Part shown: in pieces, positions 1 to 8,340 of the stretch
How positions within the stretch are numbered: the stretch's first letter is position 1
Layout of the letters: each line of letters begins with the position of its first letter
Translations under genes and position numbers: made by a program
The notes under the pieces: model-generated
Database searches by the model: none
What the model saw: the letters and a program-made list of their open reading frames with translations, nothing else
Told to the model about the DNA's origin: nothing
Assembly (NCBI GenBank): GCA_963748215.1
Contig: CAVVHS010000003.1
Location: 1 to 64,000 of the forward strand
Direction: 5' to 3'
Source: an uncultured Gammaproteobacteria bacterium
GTDB lineage: Bacteria; Pseudomonadota; Gammaproteobacteria; UBA9214
Length of the DNA stretch: 64,000 nt

Positions 1-23
1 TAGGAGCGGACCGCGTCCGTGAT
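1..23 (+). repeat. REP-like palindrome (GTAG-type arm, truncated at window edge)
   Basis: TAGGAGCGGACCGCGTCCGTGAT is nearly identical to the arm GCAGGAGCGGACCGCATCCGCGAT at 9639-9662. Confidence 0.6.
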
Positions 24-79
24 CTTGTTTACGAATACACCGCCTCGGGCAAATACGTACGGGTGCTATGAATTGACGT

Positions 80-142
80 GTAGGGTGCGCTGTGCGCACC
101 GGCAATTTCGGACAACCTAATGGTGCGCGCAACGCACCCTGC
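80..142. repeat. REP doublet (REPIN-like inverted pair)
   Basis: GTAGGGTGCGCTGTGCGCACC (80-100) and GGTGCGCGCAACGCACCCTGC (122-142) are inverted copies (18/21). Each has an internal palindrome next to a GTAG/GCAG end. Confidence 0.7.
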
Positions 143-183
143 ATACTGAGCAGAATCGTGAATCAATAAACAAGGAAACCACC

Positions 184-649
184 ATGACCCGCACCATCAT
201 CCAGACCGACCAGGCGCCGCAGGCCATCGGCACCTATTCGCAGGCCGTGAAATGCGGCAACACCGTGTACCTGTCCGGCCAGATCCCGCTCGATCCCGCC
301 ACCATGCAACTGGTCGAGGGCGATATGGCCGCGCAGATCCGCCGCGTGTTCGACAACCTCGCCGCGGTGGCGACCGCCTGCCGGCGGCACGCTGGCCGAC
401 GTCGCCAAGCTCAACGTGTTCCTGCCCGACCTCGGCCACTTCGCCCTGGTCAACGAGATCATGGCCGAGTACTTCAGCGAACCCTATCCCGCCCGCGCCG
501 CCGTCGGCGTCGCCGCGCTGCCCAAGGGCGCGCAGGTGGAGATGGATGCTGTTATGGAACTGGATGATTTCGATGCGAGACGGATTATCTCGATCAATAG
601 ACGTTTGGATGTGGGTGATTCATCAGCTCAAGAGCCATTCAGGTGCTGA
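184..649 (+). CDS. ridA: RidA/YjgF-family enamine/imine deaminase, one apparent +1 frameshift near 379
   Basis: N-part [13 protein letters not shown]...[10 protein letters not shown] and C-part [33 protein letters not shown] lie in different frames. Removing one T at ~379 joins them. Its position upstream of recG is typical. Confidence 0.85.
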
Positions 650-665
650 TCCGGAATAATCTGAA

Positions 666-885
666 GGTTTCGCCCCGCCGGGGCGAGGTACTTTTCTTTG
701 TGCCGCCAAAGACGAATTCGCTCGGGAGCGAATTTGGACAGCCGCAGGCTGGCCCGCAGGGCGAAGTCCAGGGATTCGGACTTCGCACCCGCCTTCCGGC
801 TAGCAAATGCAGCTCGCAGAGGCTCTGGTAGTAAGTATCCCGACTATGCAGGTCTGCTGCGAGCTCGGCTGCGTCTGATGGGGTG
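666..885. repeat. Multi-hairpin intergenic repeat/MITE-like composite
   Basis: Consecutive hairpins: TCGCCCC/GGGGCGA (670-686), TCTTTG/CAAAGA (695-712), CGAATTCGCTC/GAGCGAATTTG (713-736), CAGCC/GGCTG, GCCC/GGGC, CGAAGTCC/GGACTTCG (762-785), AGCTCGCAG/CTGCGAGCT (811-865). Confidence 0.6.
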
Positions 886-965
886 AAACTTAATATATTG
901 TTGCAGATTGGCATGTATTTAGAGTGAGCTTTTCTTTTTGATGTCCGATGTGAGTGAAGAGAATT

Positions 966-2253
966 ATGGCTGGAAATCAAAAAGCGGGTGATTTGGGTGA
1001 AAAGAGATTGTTAAGTACGCGGCCTGTCCAAATTGCGGTAAGCAACTGATGCAACTCCCCAAGAATTACCCGCTTTACGATCTTCAATGCACTGGCTGTT
1101 CATTTCGAGCCCAGGTTGAGATTAATAATTCAAAAGGGGGCGCCGTTTGTGGGCATTGACCTTGGGCGCGAGCCGGCGCCGGATGAAACCACGGTGTGCA
1201 AGTTTCGGCATCTGCTTGAAGCGCACAACCTGGGTGACAAGTTGTTTGGCTTGATCAATGAGTATCTTCAGGAGAACGGACTGACGGTGCGCACCGGCAC
1301 GATTGTGGATGCCACCATCATCGATGCGCCCAGTTCGACCAAGAACAAAGACGGCAAACGCGACCCGGAGATGCATCAAACGAAGAAAGGCAATCAGTGG
1401 TACTTCGGCATGAAGGGGCACATTGGCGTCGACAGCCAGAGCAAGCTGATCCACTCGGTTGCTGCCACCGCGGCGAACGTTCACGACAGCCAGTTGCTTG
1501 GTGACTTGTTGCACGGCGATGAGACCCGCGTGTGGGGTGACTCGGCCTACGCAGGACAAGGCGAAGTTCTTCGGAAGGCGGCACCAAAAGCGAAAGACTT
1601 CACGAACAAGAAGGCCAGTCGCAACCGCCCGTTGAGTGACGAAGACAAAGCCAGGAACACGACCAAGTCGGAGGTGCGCGCCAAAGTCGAACATCCGTTT
1701 CTGATTCTGAAGCGAATTTTCGGGTTCAACAAAGTCCGTTACCGGGGATTGGACAAGAACGCCAATCGCTTGTTTACGGCATGCGGGTTGGTCAATTTGT
1801 ATATGGCACGCGCGAGTTGTTGCGACCGACGTAGGGAAGGTGCGTCTTGAATTTGCCGATGCCGCTGAAAACCGGGATCATCGGCAAAATAAGTTGCTAA
1901 TTCGTCTCGAATCCGGACCGATTGTAGGAAAATATGATTGCACTATTACAAAATCACTTGAATGCAGCTGGCTGCGCTAATTGATCAGAGCCTGAAGATG
2001 AAATGTTCGGGACTGTTTGGGAAAAATCGAAAAAGTCCTTAAGTCAGGGTTTATGGTTCCTCCACTTTTCGCCAACTTACAAATGGAAAGGAGCGAGGAA
2101 ATGATAGGCAGGAGATGATCTTTTTATCCGTTTATACCAAAAGCAAACTTAAAAAAGCGGCAGCTCTCGGCTTCGGCCCGAAGGGCTAATTACAAAATGC
2201 CTAACTATGTCGGTTTGTCAAAGATTCCTTCATTCAAGGTATTTGAAAGGTAG
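966..2253 (+). pseudogene. DpnI-like restriction endonuclease catalytic domain, split by an IS5 fragment and frameshifted
   Basis: Manual translation of 966-1135 gives MAGNQKAGDLGEK/EIVKYAACPNCGKQLMQLPKNYPLYDLQCTGCSFRAQVEINNSK. 1991-2253 gives PEDEMFG...KVLKSGFMVPPLF...FYPFIPKANLKKRQLSASARRANYKMPNYVGLSKIPSFKVFER*. The CxxC-(P-x-x-D)-CxxC Zn motif and the KR-x-L-S-x-x-ARRA motif recall DpnI. The region is AT-rich. Confidence 0.65.
1141..1991 (+). mobile_element. Partial IS5-family (IS5 subgroup) insertion sequence; 5'-truncated DDE transposase
   Basis: Motifs PDETTVCKFRHLLE, VDATII, RDPEMHQTKKGNQWYFGMK, WGDSAY and RAKVEHPFLILKRIFGFNKVRYRGLDKN. Right-end-like TTGATCAGAGC at 1981-1991. The N-terminus and left IR are absent, and there is a frameshift near the C-terminus (~1810). 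Confidence 0.9.
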
Positions 2254-2322
2254 GGGCAAAGATCATTGTCATTCGGGTTGTTTGGTGTGTGCATGGTATG
2301 TCTTTGACAGTCTTTGTGTCAT

Positions 2323-2397
2323 CTCTGCGTCCTCTGCGTCTCTCGGTAACTGCTCCATGCGTTACTCTACCTCCTGCATCCCTGTAGTCGTGCGCGA
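2323..2397. repeat. CTCTGCGT short-repeat arm interrupted by a 48-bp mini-element (2344-2391)
   Basis: CTCTGCGT-CCTCTGCGT-CTCT[48 bp]GCGCGA. The 48-bp insert is 44/48 identical to 9832-9879. Confidence 0.7.
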
Positions 2398-2410
2398 GGA
2401 AATAATCCAA

Positions 2411-4524
2411 ATTGAACCTCCGTCGCCTGAAACAAAAGACCAGCTCGCCACCCTGCCGGTGACGGTCCTCAAGGGCGTCGGGCCGCGGCTGGCGGAGCGG
2501 CTGCAGCGGCTGAACATCCGCACGGTGCAGGACGTGCTGTTTCACCTGCCGCTGCGCTACGAGGACCGCACGCGCATCGTGCCCATGGGGGCGGTGCGGC
2601 TCGGCGAGCACGTGGTGGTGCAGGGCGAGGTCGATCTTGCCGAGGTGAAGTTCGGCAAGCGGCGTTCGCTGCTGGTGCGGATCAGTGACGGCACCGGTTC
2701 GCTGACGTTGCGCTTCTTTCATTTCAATGCGCAGCAGCAGGCGAACTTCGGACGCGGGCGGCTGGTGCGCTGCTTCGGCGAGGTGCGCAATGGTGCGGTG
2801 ACGGCGGAGCTGGTGCACCCGGAATACCAGTTTGTCTCCGACGCACGATGCACCCGACAGTACAGGAACATCTCACGCCGGTGTACCCGGCCACCGAGGG
2901 TGTGCACCAGCTGACGCTGCGCGCCATCACCGAGCAGGCGCTGCAGTACCTGAATGGCAGGGCCGGCCACGAGCTGGTGGACTGGCTGCCGGTGGAACTG
3001 GTGAGCCATTTCAAAATGACCTCGCTGCCGGCGGCGTTGCGCTACGTGCACCGGCCGCCGCCGGATGCGGACCTGACCCTGCTGGCCAGCGGCAGTCACC
3101 CGGCCCAGCAGCGACTGGCCTTCGAGGAGCTGCTGGCGCACCACCTGAGCCTGCGCCGCCTGCGCGAGCGCGCGCAGCGCGCGGCGGCACCGGCGCTGTC
3201 CGGCGACGATGCGCTGGCGCAACGCTTTCTCGAGGCGCTGCCATTCGAACTGACTGCGGCTCAGTCACGCGTAATCGGGGAGATCCGTACGGACCTCGCG
3301 GGGGCACATCCCATGGCGCGGCTGGTGCAGGGCGATGTGGGTTCCGGCAAGACCGTGGTCGCCGCCTGCGCGGCACTGGCCGCGGTCGAGGCCGGTTACC
3401 AGGTGGCACTGATGGCGCCGACCGAGCTGCTGGCGGAGCAGCACTTTCGCAGTTTCAGTGACTGGCTGGCACCGCTGGGCATCGAGGTGGCCTGGCATAC
3501 CGGCAAGCTTAAGGGCAAGGCGCGTACCGCCACCCTGGGGTCAATCGCGGACGGCAGTGCGGCCGTGGCGATCGGTACACATGCGCTGTTCCAGGCCGAG
3601 GTCGAGTTCGCGCGGCTCGGCCTGGTGATTATCGACGAACAGCACCGCTTCGGCGTGCACCAGCGGCTGGCGCTGCGCGACAAGGGGCGCAGCGGTGAAC
3701 AGCGCCCGCACCAGCTGGTGATGACCGCGACGCCGATTCCGCGCACGCTGGCCATGACGGTTTATGCCGATCTCGATACCTCGATCATCGATGAGTTACC
3801 ACCGGGCCGTCAGCCGGTCAGGACAGTGGCGATCGCGCAGGAGCGCCGCGACGAGGTGATCCGCTCCGTGCGCAAGGCCTGCGCCGATGGCCAGCAGGCC
3901 TACTGGGTGTGCACACTGATCGAGGAGTCCGAGGTGTTGCAGTGCCAGGCTGCGGAGAACACCGCCACGTTCCTGACGGAGGCGCTGCCGGAGTTGCAGG
4001 TCGCGCTGGTGCACGGACGCATGAAGCCGGTGGAGAAGGAGACGGTGATGAATGCCTTCAAGCAGGGCGCGGTCGACCTGCTGGTGGCGACCACCGTGAT
4101 CGAGGTCGGCGTGGACGTGCCCAACGCCAGCCTGATGATTATCGAGAACCCGGAGCGACTCGGGCTGGCGCAGCTGCACCAGTTGCGCGGGCGGGTTGGC
4201 CGCGGCACCCTGCACAGCAGCTGTGTGCTGCTCTACCAGGCGCCGCTGTCGGTGAATGCACGCGAGCGCCTGGCCGTGCTGCGCGAGACCAGCGACGGCT
4301 TCGAGATCGCGCGCCGCGACATGGAATTGCGTGGTCCGGGCGAGGTGCTCGGCACGCGCCAGACCGGGGAGATGCAGTTCCATATTGCCGACCTGCTGCG
4401 CGACGAGGCCTTGCTGGAGGCGGTGGAGGCGGCCGCCGGTGAGTTGCAGAAGCATTGCCCGCAAAACGTCACGCCGCTGATCCGCCGCTGGCTGGGGCAG
4501 GCGGTTGATTTCGGGGAGGTTTGA
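2411..4524 (+). CDS. recG: ATP-dependent DNA helicase RecG (apparent frameshift at ~2845-2855; start uncertain)
   Basis: LKGVGP and LFHLPLRYEDRT in the N-terminal ORF; QGDVGSGKT, IIDEQHRFG, MTATPIPRTL and QLRGRVGRG in ORF 2848-4524. Confidence 0.92.
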
Positions 4525-4642
4525 GAACTGACTCGCGCCAGGATGCCAGGGCGCCCTGGCATCCTGACGCGAGATATTTTCCCGTTATTCGTGCGATAAT
4601 CGCGCGCCGGATAATCCTTGCCGTTCACCGCAGATCATACCC

Positions 4643-5218
4643 ATGCCACTCGATAGCAACTGGCTGCCGCACAGGCAGCATCGATGCAAAGATATCCCGC
4701 CGGACCTGTGTGCCTGGCTGCTCGATACCGAATCGCTCACGCTGCGCCTGCAGCAGCTGTGCCCGGGCCGCTTCGAGGTGCGCGTCATTGCGCAGCAGCG
4801 CGGCCGGCCGGCACGCAGCGAGGCGCGGGCGCTGGGCATGCGCAACGGCAGTCGCGCGCTGATCCGCCAGGTGCAGCTGCTGTGCGGCGGCCAGCCCTGG
4901 ATATTCGCACGTACCGTGATCCCGGTGCGCTCGCTGCGCGGGCGGCTCAAGCGCCTGGCGCATCTCGGCACACGTCCGCTGGGCGGCGTGCTGTTCGCCG
5001 ACCCGGGCATGCACCGCGGCGTGGTGGAACTGGCCTGCATCCAGCCCGGACAGGCGCTGTATACTGCCGCCACCGCGCACCTGCGTACGCGTCCGCCGGC
5101 TGTCTGGGGACGGCGCTCGGTGTTCACCATCACCCGCAAGCCGCTGCTGGTCAGCGAGGTGTTCCTGCCCGGGTTTCCGGCAGGCACTGCGGCACGGCGG
5201 ATGTGGAAAAGCCGCTAG
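4643..5218 (+). CDS. ubiC: Chorismate pyruvate-lyase
   Basis: WLLDTESLTLRL, FARTVIP, LGTRPLG, WGRRSVF, LLVSEVFLP; directly upstream of ubiA. Confidence 0.9.
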   Translation: MPLDSNWLPHRQHRCKDIPPDLCAWLLDTESLTLRLQQLCPGRFEVRVIAQQRGRPARSEARALGMRNGSRALIRQVQLLCGGQPWIFARTVIPVRSLRGRLKRLAHLGTRPLGGVLFADPGMHRGVVELACIQPGQALYTAATAHLRTRPPAVWGRRSVFTITRKPLLVSEVFLPGFPAGTAARRMWKSR

Positions 5219-5248
5219 AGCGGACAACCGACGACACACGAGAGGACG

Positions 5249-6106
5249 ATGAAAGGCCGGTTGCGAGACTACATATCCCTGATGCGGCTCGACAAGCCGA
5301 TCGGTATCTTCCTGCTGCTGTGGCCGGCGCTGTGGGCGCTGCTGGTCGCGGCACAGGGCCGGCCCGACACCCTGATCGTGGTGGTGTTCGTACTGGGTGT
5401 GGTGCTGATGCGCTCGGCCGGCTGCGTGATCAATGATTACGCCGACCGTGACTACGACCGCTACGTCTCGCGCACCAGTGACCGCCCGCTGACGTCGGGA
5501 CGCATCTCGCCGCGCGCAGCGCTGGTGCTGTTCGCGGTGCTCTGCCTGCTGGCTCTTGGCCTGGTGCTGCTGCTCAACACCCTGACCCTCGTGCTGTCGG
5601 TGGGCGGCGTACTGCTGGCAGTCATCTATCCCTTCATGAAACGCGTGACGCACCTGCCGCAGGTTGTGCTGGGTGCCGCCTTTGGCTGGGCCGTACCCAT
5701 GGCCTTCGCCGCGCAGACCGGCACGGTACCGCAGCTGGGCTGGCTGATGTTCACGGCCACGGTGCTGTGGGCGACGGTCTACGACACCATGTATGCCATG
5801 GTCGACCGCCAGGACGATATCGCGCTGGGTCTCAAGTCCACCGCCATCCTGTTCGGCGAGGCCGACCGCATGATCATCGGTATCCTGCAGGTCATGGTGC
5901 TGGTATGCCTGGTCATGATCGGCTTCCAGGCCAAGCTGGGCCTGATCTACTACACCGGGGTCGCGGTTGGCGGTGCGCTGTTCGTCTACCAGCAGCGCCT
6001 CATACGTTTCCGCGAGCGCGACGACTGTTTCCGTGCCTTCCTGAACAACAACTGGTTCGGTATGGCCGTGTTTCTCGGCATCCTGCTCGAGTACGTGGCC
6101 ACCTGA
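5249..6106 (+). CDS. ubiA: 4-hydroxybenzoate octaprenyltransferase
   Basis: [47 protein letters not shown]. Confidence 0.95.
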   Translation: MKGRLRDYISLMRLDKPIGIFLLLWPALWALLVAAQGRPDTLIVVVFVLGVVLMRSAGCVINDYADRDYDRYVSRTSDRPLTSGRISPRAALVLFAVLCLLALGLVLLLNTLTLVLSVGGVLLAVIYPFMKRVTHLPQVVLGAAFGWAVPMAFAAQTGTVPQLGWLMFTATVLWATVYDTMYAMVDRQDDIALGLKSTAILFGEADRMIIGILQVMVLVCLVMIGFQAKLGLIYYTGVAVGGALFVYQQRLIRFRERDDCFRAFLNNNWFGMAVFLGILLEYVAT

Positions 6107-6145
6107 CCGGCTAGCCCGCCTTTCTCACCGGGATCCCGGAAGCTG

Positions 6146-6316
6146 GGGCAGGGCTCGTGTGACCGGACGCCGCTCTGGAATGAAAGTGGTAGCTGAGCTA
6201 CCACTTGAATGAAGAGGTCGCTCTCGACTTCCTGTCTCCCGCGACACTTGAACGTCCCTGTACATCGCAAGTACGGGTGCACGAGAACCAGCCAGGGCCG
6301 GGATAGGCGCCACCCG
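6146..6316 (-). ncRNA. Putative structured ncRNA resembling an IS110-family left-end (bridge-type) RNA
   Basis: The minus strand folds by eye into a closing stem plus two stem-internal loop-hairpin domains. It lies downstream of a TTGACA box. The resemblance to IS110 non-coding ends is from recall and was not searched. Confidence 0.45.
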
Positions 6317-6350
6317 ATAACACATTGCTTGTTGCTGAATGGGCATCACT

Positions 6351-6380
6351 TTCATAATTTGTATTCATTTTGCCTGTCAA
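6351..6380 (-). promoter_or_regulatory. Putative sigma70 promoter reading into the 6146-6316 RNA
   Basis: Minus strand TTGACA (6380-6375), 18-nt AT-rich spacer, then TATGAA. The -35 is perfect and the -10 is weak. Confidence 0.4.
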
Positions 6381-6404
6381 TAGCCGCGCGGTGAGAAAGG
6401 CGGG

Positions 6405-7103
6405 CTAGTGCGCGGCACGCGCGATCACCCACACCTCCACCCGCTCCGCCCCGGCCTGTTTCAACGCCCGGGCCAGTTCGCCGGCCGTGTGGCCGGTGGT
6501 CATGACGTCATCGACGATGGCGACGTGCGCGGCCGGCGTGCCCTGGATGGCGAAGGCGTTGCGCAGGTTGAGGCGGCGTGCCGTGGGGCTGAGCAGCGAT
6601 TGCGGTTGCGTCGCACGCCGGCGCACGCACAGCCGTTGCGCCACCGGGAGCGCGAGTCGGGCGCCGAGTCGTGTGGCCAGCAGCCCGGCCTGGTTGTAAC
6701 CGCGTTCGCACAAACGGGTGCGGTGCAGCGGTATAGCCAGCAGCGCTTCCGGCAACGGTTCCGTGCGGGACGCGATGCGTTCGGCCAGCAGTCCGGCCAG
6801 TAGCGGGGCGATGGCCAGCTCGCTGGCAAACTTCAGTCGTTTCAACAGGTAATCGACCGGCGGCCGGTAGTGAAACAGTGCCGTGGTGGCGTCGAAGGCG
6901 GGTGGCTTGCGCTGGCAGCGCCCGCAGCGGGCAGCCGTCATTCCGGGGTGCGCGCATTGCAGGCAACCGGCGGTATGCCAGGGCAGTTCCCGTTCGCAGG
7001 CCCTGCAGAGCCGAAAGGCCGCCGTGGCCGGATCGCCGCACAGCCGGCAGCGTGGCGGAAAGATCAGGGTTTGCAGCCGGGCAGTCCAGTGGTAAACCGT
7101 CAT
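6405..7103 (-). CDS. comF: ComF/GntX-family phosphoribosyltransferase with Zn ribbon
   Basis: CRLC, CRAC, CLQC and CGRC Zn motifs, RGYNQ, IVDDVMTTG; divergent from bioB. Confidence 0.88.
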   Translation of the reverse strand: MTVYHWTARLQTLIFPPRCRLCGDPATAAFRLCRACERELPWHTAGCLQCAHPGMTAARCGRCQRKPPAFDATTALFHYRPPVDYLLKRLKFASELAIAPLLAGLLAERIASRTEPLPEALLAIPLHRTRLCERGYNQAGLLATRLGARLALPVAQRLCVRRRATQPQSLLSPTARRLNLRNAFAIQGTPAAHVAIVDDVMTTGHTAGELARALKQAGAERVEVWVIARAAH

Positions 7104-7144
7104 GGCGTTTTCCGGTTGACAGGACGTCGAATCGGTTCCATAGT
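7091..7144 (+). promoter_or_regulatory. BirA-type biotin operator overlapping the bioB promoter
   Basis: GGTAAACC-N15-GGTTGACA (7091-7121) matches the TGTAAACC-N14/16-GGTTKACA BirA site. Overlapping TTGACA-17-CATAGT (7116-7144). Confidence 0.75.
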
Positions 7145-7179
7145 CGAGCCCCTTGTTTGTCTGCATCATGTTGAAATAT

Positions 7180-8160
7180 ATGAATAAGCCATCTATCTGT
7201 CTGTCGGAGAAATCCGCTTTCGCTGTCCGCAACGACTGGTCGCGCGCCGAGGTGCGCGCGTTGTTCGAGCTGCCGTTCAACGCGTTGCTGTTCCAGGCCC
7301 ACAGCGCCCATCGCGCGCATTTCGATCCCAACGCGGTTCAGGTCAGCACGCTGCTGAGCATCAAGACCGGCGGCTGTCCGGAGGATTGCAGCTACTGCCC
7401 GCAGAGCGTGCACCACGACACCGGCCTGGAGGCCGAGCGCCTCATGGACATCGAGGCAGTGGTGACGGCGGCACGGCGCGCGAAGGCGGCCGGTGCCACG
7501 CGCTTCTGCATGGGTGCGGCGTGGCGCAACCCGAAGGGCAGGAACTTCGAGCGCGTACTGGAGATGGTCGGGCGCGTGCGCGCCGAGGGTCTGGAGACCT
7601 GCGCGACACTGGGCATGCTGGACGAGGAACAGGCCGGCGCGCTGAAGCACGCCGGGCTGGACTACTACAACCACAATCTCGACACCTCGCCGGAGTTCTA
7701 CGGCGAGATCATCACCACCCGTACTTACGATGACCGGCTCGACACCCTGGCACATGTGCGCGAGGCGGGCATCAATGTCTGTTGCGGCGGTATCGTCGGG
7801 CTGGGCGAGGGGCGCGAGGACCGCGTGTCGATGCTGTGCGAACTGGCCAACCTGCCCGAGCATCCGGGCAGCGTGCCGATCAACCGGCTGGTGAAAGTTG
7901 AAGGCACACCACTGGATGAACAACCCGATATCGAGCCGCTGGAATTCGTGCGTACCCTCGCGGTGGCGCGCATCCTGATGCCGGCCTCGTACGTACGGCT
8001 GTCGGCGGGGCGCACGGACATGAGCGACGAGTTGCAGGCGCTGTGTTTCTTCGCCGGTGCCAACTCGATTTTCTACGGCGAGAAGCTGCTCACCACCGGC
8101 AACCCGGACACCGCCCGGGACGACGCCTTGTTCGCGAAACTGGGTCTGCAACCGGCGTAG
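7180..8160 (+). CDS. bioB: Biotin synthase
   Basis: Radical SAM motif [39 protein letters not shown]. Confidence 0.97.
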   Translation: MNKPSICLSEKSAFAVRNDWSRAEVRALFELPFNALLFQAHSAHRAHFDPNAVQVSTLLSIKTGGCPEDCSYCPQSVHHDTGLEAERLMDIEAVVTAARRAKAAGATRFCMGAAWRNPKGRNFERVLEMVGRVRAEGLETCATLGMLDEEQAGALKHAGLDYYNHNLDTSPEFYGEIITTRTYDDRLDTLAHVREAGINVCCGGIVGLGEGREDRVSMLCELANLPEHPGSVPINRLVKVEGTPLDEQPDIEPLEFVRTLAVARILMPASYVRLSAGRTDMSDELQALCFFAGANSIFYGEKLLTTGNPDTARDDALFAKLGLQPA

Positions 8161-8340
8161 CCAACCGGGTGGAAATAGCTATCGTCATAAAATATTGATG
8201 CTAACTACAATTTTAAAGTAAGCATATATAACAGAAATATCAAATGGTTGGTGTCAAGAAGGGGTGATTCTCTTTTTTTAAGCCAGGCTAAAAAATTTCT
8301 GCGACGAAACGGAAAAAAGGGACCTGACCTCTTTAATTAT

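Larger units (their letters stand above)
6111..6408. mobile_element. ORF-less MITE-like element bounded by perfect 20-bp inverted repeats
   Basis: CTAGCCCGCCTTTCTCACCG (6111-6130) is the exact reverse complement of CGGTGAGAAAGGCGGGCTAG (6389-6408). The terminal CTAG may be a target-site duplication. Confidence 0.55.

Noticed and set aside
713-785. tRNA gene
   Set aside because: It is a row of independent hairpins with no acceptor stem, T-loop GTTCRA or CCA arrangement.
1116-1140. Start of the IS5 transposase ORF (MRLIIQKG)
   Set aside because: These codons come from the interrupted DpnI-like gene read in another frame; the real transposase N-terminus is missing.
2840-2860. Programmed ribosomal frameshift in recG (also considered for ridA and bioF)
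   Set aside because: No slippery heptamer or stimulatory structure is evident, and multiple scattered indels fit sequence error better.
6146-6316. 6S RNA (contains CTTGAAC / GTTCAAG-like words)
   Set aside because: It does not form the single long rod with a central bubble, and the usual zapA / 5-formyl-THF cyclo-ligase context is absent.
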